A stretch of 64,000 bases of DNA from Candidatus Omnitrophota bacterium (GTDB taxonomy: Bacteria > Omnitrophota > Gorgyraeia > Gygaellales > Profunditerraquicolaceae). The DNA is taken from contig JAQUOD010000002.1 in the NCBI GenBank assembly GCA_028717245.1, forward strand, positions 12,772-76,771. Reading direction: 5' to 3'. The notes under the pieces were generated by a model. That model had not been told where the DNA came from. It saw only the letters and a list, made by a program, of their open reading frames with translations, and made no database searches. The translations under genes were made by a program, and so were the position numbers. Below, piece by piece: positions 21,301-29,290 of this stretch; position 1 is the first letter of the stretch, and each line of letters opens with the position of its first letter.

Positions 21301-24300
21301 TAGATAACGCCGGGTGAGTCTTGCGTATCATTAGGGCCAATGGCTTTTATTAGGCGGTAGAGACTATCATAGACATAGGTTGTAGTTTGATTATTCAAGT
21401 CAGTAGTGGTCAGCACCAGGCCGCTTTTTAAATCAAAGGTCTTCTTGACGGTCTGGCCTAAAACATTGGTTGCCTTAATCGGATAGGTATAAGTCTGGGT
21501 ATCGTATTCCGTAGTAGTTGTCCTTCCCAAGGCATCAGTAGTTGAAATAAGGTTACCGTAAGAATCGTAAGTAAAAGTTGTGGCTAAGTATTTTTCCTCA
21601 CTGGTTAAAGGATTAAACAGCCAGGCCTCTTCTTTGGTAAGCAGGCCCTTAGCCGGAGCCTGGTTAATATCAGTTGTATTATCATAATAGAAGCGTTTTT
21701 CAGAAACTTTTTGTTGGTTGTATAAAAGAGAAGTGCGCTTAGGAAGCGCAATTGCCCAGTCAGAAGTGTTATAAGCATATTCGGTAGTTTGCGTCTTATC
21801 GTCTTCAATGATATCCACGTCACCATAATATATAACCTTGGTAGTATTGCCGTAATTATCATATTCAAATTCTGTGCGGGCATGTTTATAGCTTGCGTCA
21901 CCGTCATAGGTAAAATTATCGGCTGAGGAAAGATAGACAAAATAAACGCCCGGGTAAATTTCCGTATGCTGCCAGACATTTTCTATCTTAGAGTATAAGT
22001 TTCCGTCTTTATTTTTAAATTCCTGTTCATAGAGGCGGCCTTTATAGATGTTGTCCTGCTTAAAATAACTTTCTGTATAATTACCGTCGGCATCGCTGAC
22101 CTTGACATAGCTAAAGCCGCGGAACTCCCGCTCTTTTGGCTCAAAATAACCGTCTTTATAAAAATAAGTTGTAGGATAGGAATTGCCCTGGTTGTCTTCC
22201 AGGGTGAGCCTTGAGACAAGCTGCAGGCTAAAAGGGAGCTTACCGGTTTTATTGGGATAATAATTTTCATATTGAGTAGAAGAGGTATATTCAATTTTAG
22301 CCTTTGCGCCTAAGCCATTTGCGACTTCTACTAAAAGGTCGGCAGGTCCGGATAAATTTAGATAGGTCTTTTTATAACCGTCTTTGGCAATACAGATATC
22401 CATTAAACCATCCCCGTTTAAATCGGTTAAATAACGGGCCTGGTCGCGGCCCTGGCTATCCACAAAATCTCCGTCTGTAATATTAAAGGAGTCGTCTCTC
22501 CTCCAGCCTGAGCCAGTGTTTAAGTAAGTGGCGCGGTAACCGTCTTTAGCAATTAGCAAATCATTCAGGCCGTCTGCGTTTATATCTATCAGCACCCTTC
22601 CCTGGTTAACGCCGTTTTCGGTAAAATTACCGTCGGGAAGATTAAAGGCGTCATTCCTCACCCAGCCCGAGCCGGTATTAAGATAAGTAGCCTTATAGCC
22701 GTCAGCCGCGACTAAAAAGTCAGCTAAACCGTCGCCGTTGACATCCGCTAAGCGCCTTCCATTATCGCCTGATGCCGTAACATAATAACCGTCAGGCGAA
22801 TTCCAGCGCGCATCTTGCTGCCAGCCGCTTCCGGTATTAATATAAGTGGTGGTTGTCCGGGATATCACGTCAAGCGGCCGATAACTCCAATGTATCTCGT
22901 CAACGGCAATGGATAAGTCATTCAAGCCGTCGCCATTAAGGTCAGCGAATCTTATCCCGCCGTCTATGTGGTTACCATAAACAAAATATCCTTCAGGTAA
23001 ATTCCAGCTCGTATCTTTAAACCATTGAGGGTCAATGTTGTCAAGGTACTGAAAGGAGTAAGCATCTTTATATTGCCCGCCTGAACCCAGATACGGGTCC
23101 CAGAGCGCAGCTGCTAATAATTCGGGCATGCCGTCGCCGGTTAAATCTACGAGCCTGCGCCCGTCATCCCAGGTATTATAGATAAAATAACCCAAAGGTA
23201 CCGGCCACCAGTTGGGCTGCGAACTAAAACCCTGCGTGGAATTAAGATATGTAGCTTTTAACCACTGGCGGTCTGTTGATTCGTTGGGGTCGTAACGGGA
23301 GACAATAAAGTCATATAAACCATCGCCGTTTAAATCATAAAGCCCCCTGCCCTGGTTTTGTTCGGATTTGATAAAATCTCCGTCGGGGATATGCCACTGC
23401 GGCTGGTCGCCAGACCAAGCGCCGGAATTAGAACGATAGGAAAAAGTCAAAGGAGGCTGTGCGGTTTGGCCGTCAGAGCCATATTCGGTTACCTTGGTTA
23501 AGAGGCTCCTTGAGGTGGAAGGGCTTTGGGTATATTCAAGGCCGTATCTGCGTACCAGGTTATTATCAAAAGAGACCTCAATACTCTTTAGCCGTTTAAG
23601 CAGTTTTATTGGTTCGCCGGTAATATAGCTTAAAGATGTATCCGGCCTGGGTTCATAGGCGAAAGTAACTTTATAGCTTGCCGCAAGCTGAGTCTGCGCG
23701 TTTGCAGTATAGGAGATATTCAAAGGATAAAGGGTATTCTCTTCTTTAGAGTAACTGATGGTTAGATAATTACCTTCTAAATCCATCACCTTATCCAATG
23801 CCCAGGAAAAAATGCCTTTTGAGGTCGTGATGCGCGAGTTATCCGTCGAGCCGAAGAAATATTTTATTCCCTGCTTATCAGTTGTCTGCCAGGAAGCGCC
23901 GTCATAAACATATTTTATGAAACTGCCTTCAATTTCAGCCCTGTATTCATTATTGCCTGTGCTTATCAGTTCCTGGCTTTGGGCAATAAAGGCATCAGAG
24001 GAATTATAATCAGGAACGCCGCCTTTAGTAGAACGGTAAATACTGCCCAAATCTAAATCCCAGCCTTTTCCGGCTAATCCGTTGCCTTTAAGACTGCTGT
24101 AGGAGAGCGCTAAGTGCGGCTCTATCCCGTTTCTGCCTGCCGGAGTTTGTACCGGGATAGAGAATGTTGCCTGCCCGGTTAAAAGGTCAACGCCCAAATT
24201 TTCCAGCCCGTTTGAACTTTTGGGAACATCAGGGGAAGCGGTATCCGCAGAGACCGGCTCTTGATAATCCTCTTCGCTTAATTCATCCGATAATTCCGTA

Positions 24301-26411
24301 GGTATAGGGCTTTTAGAAAAAGATTGGACCACTTTAAAAGTCATTACCGCGCTCCAGTTGCTTTCCCCCTCGGTTTTTACTACCTTTACGCGCGCATAGT
24401 AATTCCCCGCCGTATCTAATTCGCTTAATTCGAGGGAATTAGAAGCCGATTCATAAGCTTTGGGGTTTTTAAAGTCAGCATCGGTAGAGATTTCTACTTT
24501 GTAATTTGTCGCCCCTGCTATTGCACTCCAATTTATCTTAGTAGTGCTTTGGAGCAGAGTATCATTAACCGCTTCTAATACGGGCGCGGTTATTGCAGGA
24601 GGAATAGGCGCAGGAGGAGTAGGCGGGTTGGGTGTTGGTGGTGGTGGGGTTGGGGGAATACCGCCTCCGCTACCACCAGAACCAGAAGTAGGTTGTTTGG
24701 GAGGAGGCGGCGGATTAACAACGTTAACGCTTAACTCACCCGTAGATGGATCCCGATTAATTTCTATGGTATTGCCGGTAGCAGGGTCTTTGTAGCTTTT
24801 ATCAGTCTCGCCGGGAGCTAAATCTATCTGGATTCCTTTAACTATTGCCCTTGCGCTGCCATCAGGATAAGCAGCGCGTGTGATAGTATCACCATTTACA
24901 TCCTTGGTAGAAGTATAGCCTAACCCTTTATTATTGCTGTAGGTAATATTGCCATTAGCGTCTATTTTAGTCTCGCTACGATAATCATCAGGGCCAACTG
25001 TTGTTTTTGTAATGCTGCCGTCGGGATGAGAGGTTGTTGTGGCCACGCTTCCGTCATCGCCATATGTTATCGTCGGCGTAGCGGTGCTACCACCGCTATT
25101 ACTGTTTACGCTCCTCTGTCCGCCTGTGGATGATATAGCTGGGGGTGTTGTTTGCGTTCCGCTTCCGTTAGAATTAACAATGGTAGTGGAATAACCACCA
25201 TTGCTATCGTAAGTGTTAGTTACGGTAGTGCCGGCTAAGGAACCGCCACTGCTTGCCGGATGATTATCCACAGTACTTGTAACCGCACCACCCGGGCTTG
25301 CATAGGTGATAGTCCTGGTGCTACCATCAGCATAGGTAGCAACGCCGGTATTGCCATTTCTCACAAGAGTTATGCCTCCGTTTGCCGCACCTGCGCCAAA
25401 AAGAGTTGTTGTCTCGCCATCCGAACCCCAAATTCCTTGCGTTTGACTGACGCTTAAGGCCTGGCCAATACCTGCCTCGGTGGTCAGGGCATATCCTATC
25501 CATTGGGCAGTGAATTCAGCTAATGATACGGTTTTTGTGATACTGTTATCTATATAGGTAATGCCTTCAACATCAATTCCGGTCACTACTACATAGTGGC
25601 CAAGGCCATTTCCTAAGTCTAAATGGGCAATTGCCGGTTGATTTAGATTTTTGAGGTCAGTAAGGGAGAGTTGGCTGGCGTAAAGATCCAAACCATATTC
25701 TTTGGCTACTTGCTGGATTCCATAGAGAGAGGTCTGGCCGTCTTGAGTATATAAGGCCAAGCTTTTAGCCAATATAGCGGAGTTGACATTAGACAAGAGT
25801 TGGGAGAGTGCGTAGACTGCGCAGTTCGGGATTGGAGGGCCGTGGTTATAAAGGTCAGCTTGGTACGTATTTATAACTGCTTTCTGTTCTTCGGGTTGAA
25901 TTCGTACGCTTTGGTTATTTTGGGGCTTTATGGCAGTGTCCTTATTTACCTGGCCATAAACTGGTATAGAATTTCCCTTTAGGCCCGCTACTAATTTGTC
26001 TTTTATGGGTTGAGGCTGGGTTTGCGGTGCAGGTGCGGATTGACTGGTGGCATCTATTGGTTTTACGGGTGTTTCTACGAAAACCGTATTATTTAAGTTA
26101 ACCGTTTGTTTGGCAGGTTTAAAGGATTGGGAATACGAAGCTGGCATAACGCCGGGATTATCATTCAAACAAGACGATATTTCCTCTGCATGCGCTAGGG
26201 GGACTATAAAAGAGGCTATTCCTTGGTAAATATTCCATAAAAAATCCCCCAATTTCGGTTGGGGGATTTGCGGGTAGCTAGTTTGCTCGGTTTGCGGCAG
26301 AGATATATGGTAGTCTGCTCTGGCTGCCCAGGTGACCTCGGAAAATAAAAACACTCCGGAAATAGTCAGGGCAACAATTTTTAACCACAATCTTTGACGT
26401 AAAGGATTCAT
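18351..26411 (-). CDS. giant RHS/Tc-toxin-like polymorphic toxin (~2686 aa): signal/TM, C39-like peptidase domain, Pro-rich linker, FN3, SpvB/TcaC N-terminal domain, FG-GAP/VCBS repeats, YD-repeat RHS shell, ...DPTGHW core end, Gly-rich hydrophobic + variable C-terminal toxin domain
   Basis: ORF track 18351..26435 starts at TTG; the ATG at 26411 (MNPLRQRLW) has a AAAGGGGA RBS; motifs NCAVYAL/GHYVVV (C39-like), DLNGDGL x6, many YD repeats, RYYDPQVGRFISADT...NPINAIDPTGHW. Confidence 0.85.
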   Translation of the reverse strand: MNPLRQRLWLKIVALTISGVFLFSEVTWAARADYHISLPQTEQTSYPQIPQPKLGDFLWNIYQGIASFIVPLAHAEEISSCLNDNPGVMPASYSQSFKPAKQTVNLNNTVFVETPVKPIDATSQSAPAPQTQPQPIKDKLVAGLKGNSIPVYGQVNKDTAIKPQNNQSVRIQPEEQKAVINTYQADLYNHGPPIPNCAVYALSQLLSNVNSAILAKSLALYTQDGQTSLYGIQQVAKEYGLDLYASQLSLTDLKNLNQPAIAHLDLGNGLGHYVVVTGIDVEGITYIDNSITKTVSLAEFTAQWIGYALTTEAGIGQALSVSQTQGIWGSDGETTTLFGAGAANGGITLVRNGNTGVATYADGSTRTITYASPGGAVTSTVDNHPASSGGSLAGTTVTNTYDSNGGYSTTIVNSNGSGTQTTPPAISSTGGQRSVNSNSGGSTATPTITYGDDGSVATTTSHPDGSITKTTVGPDDYRSETKIDANGNITYSNNKGLGYTSTKDVNGDTITRAAYPDGSARAIVKGIQIDLAPGETDKSYKDPATGNTIEINRDPSTGELSVNVVNPPPPPKQPTSGSGGSGGGIPPTPPPPTPNPPTPPAPIPPAITAPVLEAVNDTLLQSTTKINWSAIAGATNYKVEISTDADFKNPKAYESASNSLELSELDTAGNYYARVKVVKTEGESNWSAVMTFKVVQSFSKSPIPTELSDELSEEDYQEPVSADTASPDVPKSSNGLENLGVDLLTGQATFSIPVQTPAGRNGIEPHLALSYSSLKGNGLAGKGWDLDLGSIYRSTKGGVPDYNSSDAFIAQSQELISTGNNEYRAEIEGSFIKYVYDGASWQTTDKQGIKYFFGSTDNSRITTSKGIFSWALDKVMDLEGNYLTISYSKEENTLYPLNISYTANAQTQLAASYKVTFAYEPRPDTSLSYITGEPIKLLKRLKSIEVSFDNNLVRRYGLEYTQSPSTSRSLLTKVTEYGSDGQTAQPPLTFSYRSNSGAWSGDQPQWHIPDGDFIKSEQNQGRGLYDLNGDGLYDFIVSRYDPNESTDRQWLKATYLNSTQGFSSQPNWWPVPLGYFIYNTWDDGRRLVDLTGDGMPELLAAALWDPYLGSGGQYKDAYSFQYLDNIDPQWFKDTSWNLPEGYFVYGNHIDGGIRFADLNGDGLNDLSIAVDEIHWSYRPLDVISRTTTTYINTGSGWQQDARWNSPDGYYVTASGDNGRRLADVNGDGLADFLVAADGYKATYLNTGSGWVRNDAFNLPDGNFTENGVNQGRVLIDINADGLNDLLIAKDGYRATYLNTGSGWRRDDSFNITDGDFVDSQGRDQARYLTDLNGDGLMDICIAKDGYKKTYLNLSGPADLLVEVANGLGAKAKIEYTSSTQYENYYPNKTGKLPFSLQLVSRLTLEDNQGNSYPTTYFYKDGYFEPKEREFRGFSYVKVSDADGNYTESYFKQDNIYKGRLYEQEFKNKDGNLYSKIENVWQHTEIYPGVYFVYLSSADNFTYDGDASYKHARTEFEYDNYGNTTKVIYYGDVDIIEDDKTQTTEYAYNTSDWAIALPKRTSLLYNQQKVSEKRFYYDNTTDINQAPAKGLLTKEEAWLFNPLTSEEKYLATTFTYDSYGNLISTTDALGRTTTTEYDTQTYTYPIKATNVLGQTVKKTFDLKSGLVLTTTDLNNQTTTYVYDSLYRLIKAIGPNDTQDSPGVIYDYDLSNLPYRVTKKVKAENNNYLTSYSFYDGLGRLMQIKSPAEDDPQIQKARQIVSGRVTFDSRGNVREKYNAYYTFEVNDKPDTSDLTALAKFEFDYDPKGRLIKITKPEGTYAQTIYSDWKVTYIDENNHKKEEYFDAYARIVEVKEYNAAEVYTTHYEYNALDSLIKVVDNQKNTSQIFYDSLGRKIKMQDPDMGTWTYEYDAVGNLIKQTDAKGQILTFEYDALNRLTRKQGLIPSQGAVTEALAAYTYDDLTKENSIGRLSKVIDQSGSTEFFYDNLGREIKSVKGLSPQISNSIETKGTVPEQQYLVERTYDVLDRLTSLKYPDGEIISYEYNKAGQLKKVYSQTDSTVFVKNIDYAASGQTLKIEYGNGTTTYYRYLPNTSQISLIVTLNQNNNEVLQELRYTYDNSGNIIKIEDKVKDTTQAFQYDDLDRLIKASGEYGTLNYRYDSIGNLLEKEGIGYQYGARPHAPTQFGNTVISYDANGNLISKGSEQYQYDAENRLTQVNESGIITSFVYDGDGGRVVKTLTTNDQRLTTTYIGSLFEIDSDGTTRKHIFAGSNRVCTLTTNGQRLTTNYYHSDHLGSSSVISDSQGKATQTNSYKPYGGVAKVQGSDTAKYKFNGKELDATGLYFYGARYYDPQVGRFISADTLVARPYNPQELNRYSYCNNNPINAIDPTGHWSWKSFWKSIVGAFVGAVVAVVTAGAGLPWAVAGFWGGMTGGAVTGGLEGGWRGALIGAGIGGALGAFGGWGAYNIGTPFVVGMLATGAFVAGATNSWDSFAGGLVGGIAGTVVGTGINSYFHDPLSIQDPEGGVRNPAVRGKGVGTTPEKALRVANETGSRVIYTQSRGVAADIIRGGMQLLFKNSLASRQLAQYMLGHPGTTYRLHSEMTLTALGAAKMLQGNNIGGHFDLVSAFYSKGTAQSVFSDIGATLHWVPPHLADSAGMFTTFNPLTAPIYGILGALTLEYYHGYKTY
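25420..26411. repeat. inverted duplication arm 1 (5' ~1 kb of RHS gene), partner at 29291-30300
   Basis: ~85-90% nt identity when reverse-complemented, e.g. AAAATTGTTGCCCTGAC...GGGCAGCCAGAGCAGACTACC. Confidence 0.7.
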
Positions 26412-26464
26412 TTTGCTTGAGTCCCCTTTCGTCAATATAATTAAAACTCAAATAACTAATATAA

Positions 26465-26493
26465 AATATAACATATAAAAAGTAAGATGTCAA
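26465..26493 (-). promoter_or_regulatory. near-consensus sigma70 promoter for the RHS gene (TTGACA-17-TATATT)
   Basis: read on minus strand; ~55-nt leader to ATG 26411. Confidence 0.5.
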
Positions 26494-26597
26494 GGAAAGC
26501 GCTTTTTTATTTTATGTTTATTTTTGTGAAGGGAGAGTTCTATTGTAACTTCTTTAATTACAGCGTGTTATATAGAAACGGTCTGGATTGGGGAGGT

Positions 26598-28415
26598 TTA
26601 GATTTTAAGGCTATAACCCGTGGCTTTTTTGAGGCTGGCGAGAGAGGTTTGGTAATTACCCAGCGCCTGGATATATTTTGCCTGCGACTCCGAAAGATTA
26701 TACAGGGATTCCATCGCGCTAGAGAGGTTGGCTTCACCGACCATGGAACGGATCTTAATCACGTCTGTTTCATTGCGCCGGAATTTCATCTCCATCTCCG
26801 CGGTATTTAATTGCGAGATGGCCTTTTGGTAGTTAAAAAATGCCTCCTGGACCTCAAGGGTCACGGCCTTGGTAGTTTCATTAAAGTCGCTCAGGGAACG
26901 CCAGAGGTCTATCTCTGATTTTTTCTTATCCGATACGCGCTTAAGGTTATCCAGGACGCTGAAGTCCGCGCTGACCATTTGATACTTGCTGGGCTCGGCC
27001 TCGCCAAAGCGCGCCCTCTGTTTCTGGGCATTATAAGAAGTGCTGAAGGTGCTGCCTCCCCAGGGCTTGGTTAGCTTTACCCCGGCGAACCAGTTGTCCG
27101 TGTCTTCCCAGGGAGTATTGATATAATGCCCTTTGTAATACCCGTAAGAAGAGGTTAGGTCTATGCTGAAGGAATTTACGTCGCTGCGCTTCATCTTTTG
27201 GCTGTAGTCATTAAACTTTACCAGGAGCTCGCTTAAACGGATTTCCGGATGGTTAACCAGGGCCATCTCCGTGCAGGTAGATAATTCTAACTTTGTTTTT
27301 TTTGGCGCTGATAATCGCGGGGGCATAATATTGCCCAGTTCCTTGGTATTCAATACCTGCTTTAAGGTTAATTCCGCGTTCAAAACGTCTTGTTTTATGT
27401 TATCGGCCTGGAATTGTATTTGGTCAAACCAGGAACGCGCGCTATTTACTTCCAGGGGGATGACCATATCCGCCTGGCCTAATTTCTCTATTTTTCCCAG
27501 GGTCTCTTTCGCTTCCTCAAGAAGCGCCTCCTTGAGCCGCAGGTGCATCTTGGCCACGGCTAAATTATAATAGGCGGTTTCGGCCTTCTGCATCAATTCA
27601 AACTTAATGCGGTCATAATTTTTTTTGGTGATTTCCAAATCTACCCCTGCCTGCCTTACCGCATTCACTAATTGTCCTCCGCGAAAGAGCGGCTGGGTCA
27701 CTTCTACCGCAGGTTCCCATTCTTCGTAATCTACTTTATAGACATCGCCGTCTGTTTTATAGCCTGATATTTTTAGGGTAGGAAAGAGGTTGCGCTGGTT
27801 TTCCAGGATTTTAAACTGGGCCAATTCAATTTCCTGGCGCGCCACCTTAAGGGGCGGGTTGTTTTTTATGGCCAGGTCAACGAAATTATAGAGCGCCGGG
27901 TCAAGTTCCGCAGCGGCCCCTTTAAAATCTTCAGCCGACGTTTGCTTTTCTTCAACCGTTTCAGATAATCTTATAGGCTGCGTTAAATATGCCTGTTGTA
28001 AGGTCGGCATCTCTTGCGGTTCGCTCGGCTCTAAGGATTTATCCTGTTCGTAACTTATCGGCACAACCATCTCCAGTTCTTCCTTATTATAACCTTGGGG
28101 CAGGGGATAGGGGCTGGCGTCTTTTACGGCTAAGAGCGCCCCGGCATCCAGCAAGGGATAACCCGATGATTCCGCGATATTAATTTCTTTTATCCGGCCA
28201 CCCTGGTCCAGGGTGAACCTTACCTTTACCATGCCTTCCCAGCCTTTGGTTTGTGCCTCTTGCGGATAGACAAAACAAGCGCTTATTTTTTGCTGTATTG
28301 AGCTGATGTATTCGGGATTTAATAAAGCGGCCCGGGAGTAAGCGGGGTAGAGCAGGAGGAAGTTTATAAGAGCTATTATTCGGTATATTTTAACTATTTT
28401 ATGATCTATCTCCAT
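26598..28415 (-). CDS. outer membrane efflux protein (TolC-like) with N-terminal TonB_C-like domain
   Basis: TonB C-terminal signature ...GMVKVRFTLDQGGRIKEINIAESSGYPLLDAGALLAV...; then OEP/TolC-type repeats. Confidence 0.75.
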   Translation of the reverse strand: MEIDHKIVKIYRIIALINFLLLYPAYSRAALLNPEYISSIQQKISACFVYPQEAQTKGWEGMVKVRFTLDQGGRIKEINIAESSGYPLLDAGALLAVKDASPYPLPQGYNKEELEMVVPISYEQDKSLEPSEPQEMPTLQQAYLTQPIRLSETVEEKQTSAEDFKGAAAELDPALYNFVDLAIKNNPPLKVARQEIELAQFKILENQRNLFPTLKISGYKTDGDVYKVDYEEWEPAVEVTQPLFRGGQLVNAVRQAGVDLEITKKNYDRIKFELMQKAETAYYNLAVAKMHLRLKEALLEEAKETLGKIEKLGQADMVIPLEVNSARSWFDQIQFQADNIKQDVLNAELTLKQVLNTKELGNIMPPRLSAPKKTKLELSTCTEMALVNHPEIRLSELLVKFNDYSQKMKRSDVNSFSIDLTSSYGYYKGHYINTPWEDTDNWFAGVKLTKPWGGSTFSTSYNAQKQRARFGEAEPSKYQMVSADFSVLDNLKRVSDKKKSEIDLWRSLSDFNETTKAVTLEVQEAFFNYQKAISQLNTAEMEMKFRRNETDVIKIRSMVGEANLSSAMESLYNLSESQAKYIQALGNYQTSLASLKKATGYSLKI

Positions 28416-28427
28416 ATTATGATATTA

Positions 28428-28600
28428 TGATACGCTTAATATATAGGTAAAACATCAATTAAGAGTTGACTATGAATTTGGCTAAATTATAATGAATAAA
28501 TTTCCTTTTGTCAAGAGATTTTTGATACGCTATTGATACGCTATTATAAATAACGTAAAATCAAAGAGTTATCTTAGGTGATACTGTTGATGATACGATA
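28428..28600. repeat. four copies of GATACG(C/A)T direct repeat in the divergent control region (putative regulator binding sites)
   Basis: copies at 28429, 28524, 28535 (tandem, 11-bp phase) and 28592. Confidence 0.4.
28486..28514 (-). promoter_or_regulatory. consensus sigma70 promoter for the OMP gene (TTGACA-17-TATAAT)
   Basis: read on minus strand. Confidence 0.5.
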
Positions 28601-28605
28601 GCCAT

Positions 28606-28680
28606 TAGGGACGGTTCTCAATTACGGTTAAAATTGTCCCTTTTGGGGACAGTTTTATAGTTGACTGAGAACCGTCCCTA
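28606..28680. repeat. REP-like nested palindrome TAGGGACGGTTCTCA ... TGAGAACCGTCCCTA with inner GTCCC/GGGAC hairpin
   Basis: 15-bp perfect inverted repeats 28606-28620 / 28666-28680; same core as repeats flanking the transposase. Confidence 0.65.
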
Positions 28681-28699
28681 TTTTGGGGTACTTTCTACC

Positions 28700-28728
28700 T
28701 TGACGCGCCGAGGATTTTATGTTATATT
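28700..28728 (+). promoter_or_regulatory. sigma70 promoter TTGACG-17-TATATT giving leaderless transcript of ORF 28735
   Basis: -10 ends 6 nt before ATG; shares upstream CTTTCTACCTTGAC with the promoter at 29072. Confidence 0.45.
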
Positions 28729-28734
28729 CTTAAC

Positions 28735-29061
28735 ATGCGTTGTAAGATCTGTCAAAATGAGTTTAAACCTAATAAATACCGGCCTCAACAGCAGGTTTGT
28801 TCTCAACCGGAATGCCAAAAGCAGAGGCAGCTTCAGAATGAAAGGGGATGGCGGCTGAAAAACCCCGATTATTTCAAGTCTTTAGGGCAAGAAGCGTTCT
28901 GGCGGGAAAAACGCTCTCAATACCGTAGATTATGGAAGAAAAAACACAAAAAACACCTCAAAGAATATGCCGAAAAGCGCAAAAAAGAGCACCAGGAATA
29001 TATGCGCAAATATATGGCCGGATACCGCGCAACCCAGAATGTTAATAGAGAAAAAAGTTAG
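28735..29061 (+). CDS. small zinc-ribbon protein with highly basic C-terminal half
   Basis: CKICQ..CSQPEC motifs; 108 aa; ORF track. Confidence 0.5.
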   Translation: MRCKICQNEFKPNKYRPQQQVCSQPECQKQRQLQNERGWRLKNPDYFKSLGQEAFWREKRSQYRRLWKKKHKKHLKEYAEKRKKEHQEYMRKYMAGYRATQNVNREKS

Positions 29062-29071
29062 TTTTTCTACC

Positions 29072-29100
29072 TTGACAAACACCTATCCATTCAGTATACT
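29072..29100 (+). promoter_or_regulatory. consensus sigma70 promoter TTGACA-17-TATACT upstream of riboswitch leader of the giant gene
   Basis: exact -35, 17-nt spacer, TATACT -10. Confidence 0.55.
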
Positions 29101-29163
29101 TTAGATGTAAGTTAAATTTTTTTCCGCTATTTGTAAGCAGTTTCACAAAGTATTTTTATACCT

Positions 29164-29252
29164 GAGCGATAAAGGCAAACCCGCCGCAAGGCGGGGGCGC
29201 AAAGCCACGGATCCGACGGTAAATTCACTACGGATGGCCGGGTTACCGAAAT
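29164..29252 (+). ncRNA. c-di-GMP-I (GEMM-like) riboswitch aptamer
   Basis: GGCAAACC + GNRA(GCAA)-capped hairpin CCGCC/GGCGG + GCGCAAAGCC + second hairpin + GGGTTACCGA, matching hallmark GEMM elements in order and spacing. Confidence 0.65.
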
Positions 29253-29277
29253 AAGGTAACTCGGCTTTTTTATTAAA
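29240..29277 (+). terminator. riboswitch expression platform: hairpin GGTTACC-gaaataa-GGTAAC followed by CTTTTTTATT, 14 nt upstream of the TTG start
   Basis: 5' arm GGTTACC is also the 3' end of the aptamer, giving mutually exclusive structures. Confidence 0.55.
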
Positions 29278-29290
29278 AAGCGAGGCTAAA

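Noticed and set aside
28428-28600. Possible CRISPR array suggested by repeated GATACGCT
   Set aside because: The repeats are only 8 bp, irregularly spaced, with no spacer/repeat periodicity and no cas genes. They are better explained as regulator-binding direct repeats.
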